Translations under genes and position numbers: made by a program | Assembly (NCBI GenBank): GCA_963693365.1 | Contig: CAVNZM010000007.1 | Coordinates: 1,969,979-2,033,978, forward strand | Source: Amoebidium appalachense | Taxonomy: Eukaryota; Protista; Ichthyosporea | Length of the DNA: 64,000 bases | Direction of reading: 5' to 3' | In this document: piece after piece, positions 29,078 to 48,609 of the stretch | How the letters are laid out: every line of letters starts with the position of its first letter | Numbering within the stretch: position 1 is the stretch's first letter | Notes under the pieces: model-generated | The model's database searches: none | The model's input: the letters and a program-made list of their open reading frames with translations, nothing else | Told to the model about the DNA's origin: nothing

Positions 29078-30626
29078 GTGTAGTGCGAGCATCATGATCA
29101 GTATTAACAATAAGCACGGCTACGTAGCCTAATGTAACAGAACTTAGCATGATTTCTCTCCGGCTGGCATCCGGCTTTTATCTAATAAAGACATGTGCCC
29201 AAATGGCCTTGCAAGAGACCACGTATACGTATTTGTTCTTATTTTATCCGTTTTGTTCCCAGAGCTCGAGGGTCCCTCAGGGTTCCTCAGAGGAACTGCC
29301 GTCTTGTCACTTTAAAGTTTTTTTTATGTGGGTACAGTGCTGGTTTGAGGAGGCAGCTCTGCATCTGCCCAGTTGCAGGTTTCATCTTTATCCCTCAACC
29401 CCCCTGCCCCTCCCCTCCTCCCCTCCCACTCCTGCAGCTGCCCCGATTGTCGCCCGCAAGTTCCTGCACAGTTCCTAATAAGGCTGCACCCACACTAAGA
29501 GCTACCCCGCCCCTCACCCCCCCCCCCCCCCCCCCCCCATCGGGAGCCTAGCGTCCTTTTTCGAGTGCTTTTTTGCAGTGTCGAATGCCGCGGCCACTCT
29601 GTAGTTGCATTGATGTGGGGGGGGGAAACACATTTTTGTAGAATAGCGCCAGCGTGCACGTGACCCTTTTGTCTGGTGGGGTGGGGGGGGGGGGGGGGAT
29701 GATCCCCCAACCATCACCACCTGGCAACTCCCCTTCAAGTTAGTGCATCCTTGCCGTGACTAAGGAGATTTTGAATTCGAAGGGAGACTCAGCAATCTGT
29801 ATATATAGTCTTAACCCATATACAGTACTGGTCCGCAAGCCTTAATGGAACGGGGGATAAATCCAGGGCAAGGGTTGGATGTTGTGCCTCAGGTGGTAGT
29901 GTTGCTGAAGATGGGGGGAGGGGGGATGGGGGGGAGGGAGGCACGGGGTAAATATGGGCTGATGGGAGTTCGTGCATTTGAGAATGGATATGCGAGAATC
30001 ATGACTTGAACTTATTTGTCAATGAAGAAATTCGCTATGACTTTTGGCTAAGAGCAATGTTTTTGTCCCACAAACAAGTGCCAAAAATTGGCTGCATTAT
30101 CTTCTTCCCAGTCTCACTGTTGCAGGTGGGTGACCTGTCCTTGTTGACTGCTGCAGACACATAGTGGCTGCATACCAGGTTCCCAACACTTCTCATATAA
30201 GAGGCAACTGACCCGGTGCGTGTCAGTTGATTTGTCTAGCCTGAGGGCCACCCTCCTAGATATTTTGCGAAATGAATGAAGCGAGTTCTTATTTTGTCGG
30301 CGGAGTGAATGATTTCTACTGTATCAATGAGGAATAAAGGTTCTAGGACTTCGATTTTCCTGGGGCGACATCATACATATTCTTCGCAAGATTTGCAGCA
30401 TTAAGGACTATTTGGCTGGCTGCCTCGCTCACTTTGAGCTTATATGCCGGCATTTGCCTTAGTCGTGTATATTTGCACGGTATCCCTCACCCACTCTTCT
30501 TCTCCACAATACAAACACACACATACACAAAACACGCTCACACACGCGCACGTGTGCGCGCACACACATACACACTTAAACACGCACACGCATGTGCACG
30601 CGCACACCCACGAACGTGCACGCGCT

Positions 30627-30763
<137 letters not shown>

Positions 30764-31010
30764 ATACTGTCACACACTCATACTGTCACACACACACAAG
30801 CACACACGCCCACACCCCGGGGGAGCTACGTCGACTACCCCGGCTGTGCGCCTACATCCAACCACTGAGAGTGGAAAAAGACCGTTTCATGACTCAAAAA
30901 AGGGACCTCAAACCAACAAACCTCTTTACGATGACCCCCTTGACCCTCCCGCCCTCAAACCCCCCCAGCTCCCCCTGCTTTGAAATTTGCTATTTCTCGC
31001 AAGCTCCTAG

Positions 31011-31058
<48 letters not shown>

Positions 31059-31207
31059 ACACACACAAAAAAAAAAAAAAAACTTCCCCACCGGGCCCCC
31101 CCTTCCGCCCCACCTTGTTGCCTCCTTTGAACGGCTCCTTTATATACCAATGTTTTCTTTTGGAGGAGCCGGTGACTAATATTGGACGAGTGTTGATAAA
31201 CCTGTTT

Positions 31208-31250
<43 letters not shown>

Positions 31251-31724
31251 GGTCTAATGGACGAGTGTTCCTATGTCTTTTTTTTTGAGGGGGGGGGGAG
31301 GGGAGGGGGGAGGGGGGAGAGAGGGGGAAGGGAGGGGGGGAGGGGGGGGGGGGGGGGGGGGCTAAAGGAGGGGATATCCAAAGTGTGCTAAATCAGGGCG
31401 GGTAGGGGTTAGGCACCGTCCCCCCATCGGGAAAAAGTGTTCACTCCCTTTCCCCACCACAATCCCTTATATGACAGCCCTCCCACATGTACACCGCCAC
31501 CACCCTTCCTGTCAGGCAAGCACATCACCCTGTGATATACTATTTGGCCCTGAGCAGGTGTTGCAGGATAAGTCTATCTTGTGCCCATTGGCATGGCTGT
31601 AATTTCACCCCCTAATTGGATCCTATTAATAGAATTTGTGTGGTCCAACTAAAACCCACCTTCCTCCCCGAGGACCCCCCTTTCCCTCAGTCCCTTCCAC
31701 CTCCCCCATCCCTTCGGCCCCCCC

Positions 31725-32013
31725 TGCAAAAGCAGAATTATTCTGCTAAATGCTAGTTACCCTGCAAACAGCAGAATCGATCTCCTAAAAGCAATTATTC
31801 TGCTGTAAGCAGAATTTTTCTGCTGTCGAAAGCAGAATAAGTCAGCTTTTTACGGAATAACTCTGCTAAGAGCAGCTAAGAGCAGAATAATTCTTCGCAT
31901 AGTAATTCTGCTTTTGCGAAATAATTCTGCTAAAAGCAGAAAATCTGCTAAAAGCAGAAAATCTGCTAAAAGCAGAGTGATTCCGCTTTTGCAGAATAAT
32001 TCTGCTTTTTGCA
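31725..32013. mobile_element. Foldback/MITE-like element built from AAAAGCAGAA motifs
   Basis: Ends tgcaaaagcagaattattctgc and gcagaataattctgctttttgca are inverted; many internal copies of (aa)agcaga and tctgct occur in both orientations. Confidence 0.6.
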
Positions 32014-32819
32014 AGTTGACTCTGCCGATGTAGTTGGGGCCTGGGGTGGCGGCGGCGGGGGGCGGGGGTGGGGGGGAGGGGGGGGGGGGGGGGGGGGGGG
32101 ACTAATATGTGTTGGTGTATGATTGTCCTGAGCGAGGTCATTTGAACGAAGTGTCTGCCTGCCTTCCCGTTCCATCTTCCCTCCCTCCCCCCCCCCCACC
32201 CCTTCTCCCCCCCTCCCCCATCTCTCTCAGAAGAAATAAAGCCGCAACTGCGGCACACTCACTACCCTCTCTTCCACACCCTCACCGCTCTTCCAGACTG
32301 CTTTCATTGACTCGCGACTAGGGTTATATAAAAAAGTACTATCCTGTGGCCTATGTGTTTAAATTTGAAACCACATGTTGTTAGAGGCTGCTCCCAAATC
32401 CTCCTTCCCCCTCCCCTTCTCCCCCCCCCCCCCCCCCCCTCCCCCCTCCCAACCCCCAAACACACACACCCACACACATCAGACCAAACCACCACCAGAA
32501 CCACCTCCAGAATTAATCTCCCTAGGAATCTTTCTTCACCCACATTACTTGAGCGCTGCATTACATTAGGGATCTAACGAATATGAAGCTGCAAGTTGAG
32601 CGGCAAATGATTCCAACAAAAAGAAAGAAGAAAGATACCACACAAGCTGTTCCTAAGAAAAAAGAATTGGCGGAACTCACGGTTCCTATCACTTAAACAT
32701 TACTCTGTGGCTTCAAGCGAGTGGGAGAGTTTATGGCTTGGGTGGATGGATGGGTGGGTGAGTGGGTGAGTAGGTGGAGGGGGGTGAGTGGGTGGGCGGG
32801 CTGACGGGGCGCCGGCCGG

Positions 32820-32869
<50 letters not shown>

Positions 32870-32973
32870 AGAGGGGCTGATCTTGAAATTCGGCAGACTG
32901 CTTTCGAGGGTATGGAGAGCATTACCCTAGAGGAGGAGGTGAGGGAAGAGAGTATATGCAATGGTTGGGCTGA

Positions 32974-33012
<39 letters not shown>

Positions 33013-34606
33013 CCACCCACTCTCCCTCCCCTCCCCTCCCCCCCCCCCCTACCCCCCTTCCCGGGGAGTCCCCTTGGCGGTGTTTCGGGTTGAATCTAAC
33101 GCCCCCGGAGGCTTTTCATCTTAACATTCTTCCGTCCAACCATGCCTACCATGATGGTTTATTTGCATATCGGTCCTCAGGCCATCATCATAATATCCCA
33201 CAATCAAACCACCAATATTTGCTGATGACGTTTGCCAAGTCTGCACATAATATGGGTTGGGTGACCAGTAAGGCTCCATATACTGATAAAAACATAAAAT
33301 ATTGCACATGTGTCACATTGTGTGTGTGTGTGTGTGTGTGCACATTCAAATCGCGCAGGTTGAACCCAGTGTTCTCCTTTCGCTGTTCTTGCAGTGTGTG
33401 TGTGCGCAAGAATATGGCCAGCCACTGACAGGAAAACCAGAAGGGCACAAGGTCACCCCTGTAACCAGCTGTTGAGTAAACTATCACGGCATCTATTTAA
33501 AAGGAAAAAGTTTAACGGGAAAAGGAGAAGAAGAAGAAAAACTGAATAGGAAAAAAGGATATGAGAATATTGTTTTATGACTTTCGGAAAGGGGTGGTGA
33601 GGACGAGGCTAGAGATCTGTGGTGTGCTCGGTGTGATTTCAAGAACACGGTGTGCTCTTCTTTTCATCTCTTTTTTTTCTTAAAAAAAATATCATGATAT
33701 ATTATGCTTTTTTAGAGAACTCCCCAGCCAAAAATATCTGTGGGAATGCCGAGGGTTTGGCCGGCTAACTGAGCCAAACAATCATACGGTTCTTCAGAAT
33801 CTTGGTTGCTGAGTGTTTTGTCAAACTGCTTCAGTTTTGGTGAAAAGACCATGGGATTCACCCACCAGGCAGCCCGTTTTCCATAATTGTTTTTGTTACC
33901 CAAGCAAGCTCAAGACGGCATTTTGTGCTTTTATTGGATCTCTGATGTATATGTACCCATAACAGGGATGCTTTAAAGTGAACCGAAACTAACAGCAAAG
34001 AAAGCAAAATAACCTGACTCCCTACCATACTATGAAGTAGAAAAGAGCTTTGGAGGCAGATTAGCAAGAGAAGGCCCTAAAGGTGGGGTGGGGGGGTGGG
34101 GGTGGAGGCCGGTGGGGGGGTAGGAGGGGGGTTTCTTTTACAGTGGTAGCACGGAAGAGATTGAGAGAGAAAAGGGCAGGGGACAGGAAAGGGCCTGAAG
34201 GGGGGGGGGGGGGGGGGGGGCAGAGGAGGGCAGAGACGGAGGGAGAACTAGGGAGGGGGCGAGAAAAGGACGGAGGGAGGGAGGGAGGGAAAGGAGAAGA
34301 GGGAGAGGGAGGAGAGGAAGTTGAGCAGGAGAGAAAGGGTGGGGGAGGAAATGTATGCAACAACAAAAGCGCTAGAACATTATGGCAATGTCTGTGCCCA
34401 GTTGTAGGTGGTACTGAGTGCAAATGTGTACTTCTTGCTTAAACCTTGCTATGTAAACGTGTTTATGTCTCTGAGTGACTGTGTGTTTTGTTGCGCATGC
34501 AGGTGCTCGTGTTGTGTGCACGCACATTTGCGTGTAACAGTGTCTCAGAGTCTGTGTGTGTGGGATCACGGTGTGCGTACATATGTGTGTGTGTGAGTGT
34601 GTGAGT

Positions 34607-34680
<74 letters not shown>

Positions 34681-34778
34681 GTGCGTGCGTGCACGTGTGT
34701 GTGAGTGTGTGCGTGTCAGTGTGCGTGCGTGCGTGTGTATGTGCGTGTCTGTGTGTGTGCGTGCTGACTGTGTTTTTT

Positions 34779-34936
<158 letters not shown>

Positions 34937-36584
34937 GTGTGCGTGCGTGCAGTGTGTGCGTCATGTAATGCAGGCCCATCGCGTACAACATGTGCACACA
35001 CCTTCCCAGCTCGAGTGCGCACGTCTACAATTGCATGTTTTCCAACATGCGATTAATATACTATGTACAATGCCACGGACATGATGCATATGTATGCACT
35101 GAGCTATTAGTTAGCTTTGAGTGAACTTGCGACGTTGCAATTGGGTAGTTGACGGACAAAAAAATGGCTCCTACACTGACTCGACTCCAATGTTCTTTCA
35201 ATCAAATAACAAGGGTAAATGCACGCAGTGTACTAACATACAAAAAAAGGCCACCGTTTCTGGCGCCATGACATATAGGCCACCGCTCACCACGGCTCGA
35301 GCTCTACGTAGCTGTACTCCACTCGCAGTAATTTTTAAATGATAAATGTTGGCCTGGGCGTCACCTGCTGTATGTCGGCACTGCCTTGACCGCTCGACTC
35401 TTGAATCTAAAGTGCCTAACACGCTCTTGAACTGCTAGCAACTAATAGAGGCTAGGTTACAGAGCAGTGTTGCAATGAGCAAGTGAGCACTGAGGAACCG
35501 CCGCCGGCAGGGAGCTCACGAAGCTTCGTTCATGGATCACAGGCTCGTCCAACTGATCTGGTAACCGGTTTATATACTTCTTCGGGTTTAATTGTCCTGT
35601 CGTTTGATTGGTGGAACTAAAGCACGGGATGTTATTGGCGTACCGTGCACCAGCCGAGTCAACGAACATTCCTGATTCTCCTTTGAACTCTTGTTATAAA
35701 ACTTGTGTGTGTTGTTTACTCAAACACTCCAAAAATTTCAATAATACAATCGCAGTACAACTACAGCTTTCTGGCTAAATGTATAAGGGACCATTGGTGC
35801 TGCAGGCGCTTTCCCACGATTATCCCGGGACCGGTTTATCGTGGCCCATCTATCACGTGATTGACTGTAACCGTTCGGCACCATGGCCGGTCCGACATTC
35901 AATTTCAATGTAAACATGTTCACCATAGAATTCCCCCCATTTTGACTCTACCGTAGTGCATATGGCCAATAAAATATCGACGTTACAAAATGCTACACTC
36001 ACAATCTTTATATGGTCAAAATGCATGCTTCATAGAATGTGCTTGTATACACATCGCGGCGCCCACCGTTTCAAGTACCCGCGGATGCAGATCTATCAAT
36101 AAGTGTAACCTGTTAGCTAACGTAATAGAACCGGAGGCAACATTGGCGGTTTTTTATTCTCTTTTCTCCCTCTCTTCCTCAATGTATCTGTTTTAAAATG
36201 ACTATCCTAGATCACCTTATTAATGCTGCACAGTATGATATTGTGATACGGTGTCTTAACTTTCTTTCGGAACTACCGATGCTAGCCTCTGCTTACCCAT
36301 AATATGTAACTATGATAGGGGTGTCGTATACTACGATGGCGCCACAAATAAATAATTGTTGCTTACATCTGTCCCTAGCTGCATTTGATTGGCTGCGCTG
36401 GAAAACGCAGTAGGCCGTCGAGTGTGCCAGCTGGGCCCCCGACAATGTCCACTCAATAAAAAGTGTGTAAACGGAGAAGGAGGGGCTTCAAGCCTGTAAA
36501 AAAGCCCTTCGCGCCTTCGAAGAGGGCCGAACCCTGGTCCCCTCGCCCAGGCTCCAGCTCCCTCGCCGCCCCGGTCCCCCGGAT

Positions 36585-36670
36585 GAGCCAATTCTAACTT
36601 TACAACGATTGGCTGTTAGCTGACCAATCAAAGATGCGCCTTTCCACGTTCGTTCGAAGATATAAAAGGG
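36585..36670 (+). promoter_or_regulatory. CCAAT boxes and TATA box upstream of the 37022 gene
   Basis: CCAAT at ~36588 and ~36624, GATTGG at ~36607, TATAAAA at 36661. A ttttttttaag acceptor directly before ATG 37022 suggests a 5'UTR intron. Confidence 0.6.
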
Positions 36671-37021
36671 GGCTTCACCAACATTTAAGTCAGCTCATTT
36701 CGTCATTTTCTGATTTCATGTTTTGTACATGTACTGTTTTGTCCTGTGACAGATTCACAAATTCAGAAGAAAACATCACAGTGAGATCCCATTTTTGATT
36801 ATCAGCTTACGGGATACGCATCTGCTCTATATGCATATTGCAAGCAAAGAAGCCTTTTCAACCAAACCATATATTGAACACAGTACCTCTATCTTGTAGC
36901 TACAATACCAAGCGTTTTCTATTTTTTAGAAACATCTCAAGATCTTGTGTCAAAGAGGCTGCGGAATCGTTTCACTGGGTATCATATCAGCCAAATAAAT
37001 GTTACGCCGTTTTTTTTTAAG

Positions 37022-37696
37022 ATGAAAATGGATTCTCCGGTTGCCTTACTTAGCCCACTCACCCCTCGAAGTCCTCGTTCTCCCCGTGTAAGCCAATCAG
37101 AAGGCGGCGCAAAGAAGATTCGGTTAGAGATGTTTTCTCGCCCACCTGTCATAAACGGAAAGGCTACCGAACATGCCTCGGTTCTTACTCCAGATTCCCT
37201 TCTGAAGGCGTTTTCGGCTGCGAAAGTGAACTTTCGTCTTGCTGCTGCAGTGGCGTGTGAATGGGCTTTCTTTCTTGCTGGGGTCATCTACGTTTCGGCC
37301 ACCATTCTCACCCTCGTTCTGGTGCAAGTGGCTCAGGCTCTTCTGTTCCTTACTGCTGCTGCTTTAGTTTTACTGGGCAGCGCTTTCCAGTTTGTTTTTG
37401 AAACTTTTCCAGAGTTTGTGGCTGATTTCGCCATCGCTTTTATGGAAGAGCTCTTTTATCCTTCGGTTTGTGAGTCTACCTGGGACGAACCGTTACATGA
37501 TGAGGACAGCCAATGGGACCTGTGTGGCATGAGAAGTATTAGCTGTGCAAGCTTTACAGATTTTCTTCCTTGCATCGATTCAGATGAATCTGAAGAATTC
37601 TTTGAAACACAGGAACCTGACGAATGGTTTTATGACACACTTAACCATTTCTTGCCGGAGGAGAAACTTTATTATCAAAGACGGTGCTCGGTTTGA
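37022..37696 (+). CDS. Hairpin-membrane protein (224 aa) with acidic FFAT-like C-terminus
   Basis: Single-exon complex ORF: SP/TP-rich N-terminus, ~45-50-residue hydrophobic stretch (WAFFLAGVIYV...LVLLGSAFQFVF), acidic tail containing DSDESEEFFETQE. Confidence 0.8.
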   Translation: MKMDSPVALLSPLTPRSPRSPRVSQSEGGAKKIRLEMFSRPPVINGKATEHASVLTPDSLLKAFSAAKVNFRLAAAVACEWAFFLAGVIYVSATILTLVLVQVAQALLFLTAAALVLLGSAFQFVFETFPEFVADFAIAFMEELFYPSVCESTWDEPLHDEDSQWDLCGMRSISCASFTDFLPCIDSDESEEFFETQEPDEWFYDTLNHFLPEEKLYYQRRCSV

Positions 37697-37816
37697 ACAC
37701 GAATGTGTGTCACTCCTTCTAGTTTCATCCATGTATATGGCGCGGACAGAACTTACGAATGCGAATAACGTCAACATAATTTTTTTTAGTAGCCTAGCCA
37801 GGAAAATCCAAGCTAG

Positions 37817-44420
<6,604 letters not shown>

Positions 44421-44529
44421 TGAGTGCGCGTGTCTTATGTTGACACGTACACGAAGACAGGCACGAGTGCGCAAAGTCCTGCCAGCCGTGAAAAAGCCAA
44501 AAAAGCCAGCTGGTGAGCCACGTTGCACT

Positions 44530-45040
44530 TTTCCGATTGGTCAGGGCTTATTTTGACCAATCAACGAGCGATACTGCATTTTGCTGATTGGCTATTTCGG
44601 CACCAAAGGAGGCAAAGCGCAAATGATTGGATACAAGGAGCCAATGAAAACGAGACCACTCAATTGGTGTGGCCTCCGGCTGGGCTGGGGCTATTCGGAA
44701 AGTAGAAGCAGATCCTCTTCCATAAGCAATGAGCATCCTAGAAGATATAATGCAACAACAGTAAGTAGTGCAGATATATAAATTTACTTTGAGAGGATTG
44801 AACAGTAGGACAGATCATGACGAAAACCCCAACTCACCCTGTATGCCCAACACTCCAGGGACAACGCGGAAAATTTGTTGCGTGGTTGGGTTCCCTGGTG
44901 ACCAATCATAATCTTGCGTCACCATTCCTGAACGCTTTGAGTAATTACGAAAATGTTTTACGCTTTTTCATTGGATGCGTGTCACGGCCTGCAGCTGTGT
45001 TGGGAGCCAGGAATGCATTTCGAGGCATCTGATTGGTGTC
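44530..45040. promoter_or_regulatory. Dense CCAAT-box cluster upstream of the ankyrin gene
   Basis: ATTGG/CCAAT at ~44537, 44557, 44587, 44626, 44641, 44663, 44902, 44970 and 45032. Confidence 0.5.
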
Positions 45041-45324
45041 TTTGGTTCAGGCCCACCCAAACAAACGCCACGTCTGCGGCTTCACCCATCCCGCCCATAA
45101 GTACCGGACACACTCGTCCTAACCGCTTCACTCTCTCCTAAGCTCTATATGCAAAGGGGTCAGAGAGAGAAAGTTTTCACGTCTGTGTCCTCTTGTAGTA
45201 ACTGAACAGTAGCATAGCAAGGTTTCTAGTTCTATGCTCTTTTGTCATTCAGTGTTTGCTTCAATGTTGCATCACTCACGAACATAAAACATAAACACCT
45301 TTCAGTCCTATTCCAATTGTAAAA

Positions 45325-48056
45325 ATGGCTGCCGATTACCTCACAAGCAGACTAAACGAGTCCCACCCAGCCGAGGGTGTGTGGTCTCCATGGCGTTTTT
45401 GGGACCGCAACGACACAAAGGGAGAAAGTGATCGTAATGGGAACCGCAGTCTACAGAAGAGCAAGTTTGAAGATGTGCTCGATGAGGTACACTTCACATC
45501 TACTCGCATGACCGATTTCCTTCTGGACACGCCCACCGGAGACTTTTCTTCCTCTTACTCACTTACAGCCACCGAGTCTATGCCCACATGGAGCAGTGAA
45601 GAGGGTGATGACCGTCTTGGTGATCTCACATCTGCCCTTGCCGAGGGGTTGCAGATTCGCCGTCCCCGTGCTAGCAGCATGAGTAGCTTTGACAGTTATG
45701 AGAGTCTCAACAGCATGGACAGCGACATAAACCTGTCCCCTTCCCCTCCCCTCCCCTCTGCCTCCTCCCCTAACGAGGTTGGTCCCTGGGCACATGCTCA
45801 GGCCAAGGGGAACAACTTCGAGTGGCCGGTAAACGTGCACGCAGTACCATTCATCCCCAAGAATGCGGCACAGCGCGTTCTACAAAGCTCTTCCGGCAGC
45901 TTCTCTTCGCGTATTTGGGGCCCACCCATGCCCACCGGTGCCTACTCTGCTGCGCAAGAGCACGCGGCCAACAGCTACAAGTACGGTATGCAGCTGCAGA
46001 ACAGCCCCGCAGCCTTGTTTGCAAAGAACCAGGCTGCAATGATGGCAAGGGTGCCCCGTATGCCAATGAAGCCGAATGGTGAGTGTCAAATGCACATTAT
46101 CTGTGTTGTTTTTTACAGTTAAAATGGTGTTCTCGGGTTGAGGGTTGCTGTCTCTTCTGCACTCGTCTTTTTACAAAACCTCTGTTGATAAGCATGGTGG
46201 TTGTGAGGGGAGGAGAGGAGGAGGAAGAAGAAGAAGGGGGGGAGGGGTGGGGGGGGGAGGATGGATGTGTGTGTGTAGCAGAGGGGGAGGGTTGGGGGGC
46301 GAGATAGGGAATAAAGGGAGGGGGCCAGGCAGGTCCACCGGAGTTGAAGGAAGGGGGCCGGGAAGAGGGGAAGAGAGGGGGGGGGGAGGGGGAGGGGGAG
46401 AGGGGAGATGGGGTTTATGCCGGAGCTGTCTGAAATGGGGAACCCATTAGTCAAGAGATGTATATGCAACATAATAGCACGAGTTACGAGCTTTTTAACC
46501 CCTTCTGGCGAAATGCTAACATACAACAATCCCCAGTGTTCCCAGTCAACAACCGCCGCCGCAACAGCAAGGGAAATGGGCGCCGTGACTCTGTTCCCAT
46601 CGAGACTTTTGACATTGAGAACGGCCTGTGTATCCCTGAGCTGGCCTCGATGTAAATACCCCCCCCCCCTCCCCCCTCTCCCCTCACCGCACCATAACCA
46701 CCACACAAAGACAAAAGAAAAGCATGTAAAAGCAATATCGAAAACTGATATGGACCGGAAAAAAGGGTAGTGGAGGTAGAAAGTATGCATGGGAATGGAG
46801 TTTTAAAAAGGGGGAGTGGTGCATACGGTGCTCTAGTCCATGCACCAATGTTCAAACCACCCATTACCCCGCCATATGCTCCTTTCTGTGTTCGCGCATT
46901 TCAAACCTTCCCCCCCCCCCCCCCCCCCCCCCCCCCCGACCTCCACTTCCCACCTCCCCCCAACCCCTTTCTCTCCAAAGAAGAGGAAGCAAAAAACAAA
47001 TTTATAAGAAACCAAAAAAAAAAAAAAAAAAGGAAGCAACAACAACTCACCACCCACCCTTCCACACCAGGCCCTTCATCAATGGCCGCAAGGTTGTTCG
47101 TTTCTTCAGCAAGCGCACCAGCCGCCGAACGATCGTATCCATCATCGAACCCAGCTACCTCCTGCCCGGGGAGGACGTGCAGGAAGGCGAGATCGGATTC
47201 CTTACATTCCACGATTGCGTCGAACTACGCACGCTGAAAACCGGCGAAACTCTCACGCGGAACCAGCGGAACAACCTGCGGAAACGTCTGGCAACTACTG
47301 CACGCACCATTGTCCAGGTGGACGTTCCCCAGCTTTTGGCCGATTTTTCGGACCCCGATTGCTGCCCTCGTAGCACGTATCACCACACCAAGCTGAATGC
47401 TTACCTCGTCACCCCCGCCGTGGGTCAGGTTCTGCTGTGCACCAGAGGTATTTGCTCCCCCTCCCTCCCCCCCCCTTCCCCCCCCCCCCCCCCACCCACC
47501 CTGCCCCCTCTCTCAATCTATACCTCCCGTTTGAGAAGGTCCCCCCCCGCCCCGCCCCCCCCCCCCCCCCCCCCCAATGGGAAACTTGTTGCAATCATTC
47601 ATGTATTATCATAGTATTGCCATACCACTCCAACCATTCAAACCTGTTGCCATTTCCCCGTATTTATTCCTCTTTTCCGACAACAGAGACGGACCTCCCC
47701 GGTGAGCCCTACAAGGGCCAGTCCCTTGCCGTGCAAACACTTTTTGACCTGTGCAAGAATGAGAATGCCGGTGCGGCCCTTAAAGAATTCATCAAGTCCC
47801 AGCCGGGCCTTGACCTAGATGTGCGTGACTTTAAGGGCATGTGCCCCATCCACTATGCTGCAAAGGGTGGCTTCAAGGACATCATTCAGACTCTGCTCGA
47901 CCTGGGTGTTGATGGTATGTTACATCCCCTCCCCCCTCCCCCCCACCACCACCACTCCCCAAGTACCGAGAACATGATGTGACATCTTCTACCCCTCCAA
48001 CAGCGCAGAAACTAGTAGACAAGACATTCCAGCCCCCCCCCCTCCCCCCCCCCCCC

Positions 48057-48088
<32 letters not shown>

Positions 48089-48479
48089 CACGCCCCTCTC
48101 CCCGCTTCCTTCAATACATTCTCCAAACATTCAGGACCATCCCCAAACATGTCACTAATCATCATCTCTCCCCCACACAGTGAACGTCAAAGACAAGAGT
48201 GACCAGTCCCCCCTCCACTATGCAATCTACAACGGACACCAGGAGGTTCAGTTTCAGCTTTTGGAGGCTGGCGCCTATGTCGACACTCGCAACGTCAGCG
48301 GAAATACGCTGCTGCATGTGGCCGCATACCACAATCAGACGGACGTTGCGGCCGCGATCCTACGCCGCTGCCCGGAATTGCGCGATGTGCGCAATCACAA
48401 GTTCAACTCTACGCCTCTGGAGTGTGCTATGCACAAGGGGCTGACGGATATGGTCAAGTTGCTTGCCACCGCTGTGTAA
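45325..48479 (+). CDS. Ankyrin-repeat protein (~590 aa) with Ser-rich N-terminus and PAM2-like motif
   Basis: Exons 45325-46078, 46537-46651, 47071-47447, 47687-47914 and 48181-48479 (GT-AG) give a 1773-nt open frame. Ankyrin motifs: GMCPIHYAA, DQSPLHYAI, GNTLLHVAA, STPLECA. Confidence 0.9.
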
Positions 48480-48609
48480 TAGGGTTAAAGAAATTTCTCT
48501 AGACGGTTGGCGGAGTGTGCTATGCACAAGGGGCTGACGGATATGGTCAAGTTGCTTGCCACCGCCATGTAATAGGGTTAAAGAAATTTCTCTAGACGAT
48601 TAGCGGAGT
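48419..48609 (+). repeat. 93-bp tandem duplication of the ankyrin gene's last codons and stop
   Basis: ggagtgtgctatgcacaagggg...gtaatagggttaaagaaatttctctagacg occurs at 48419 and 48512, with ggagt microhomology at the junctions. Confidence 0.92.

Noticed and set aside
35457-35926. Small minus-strand gene from two short ORFs
   Set aside because: No recognisable motif, and the plausible splice leads to an early stop; insufficient support.
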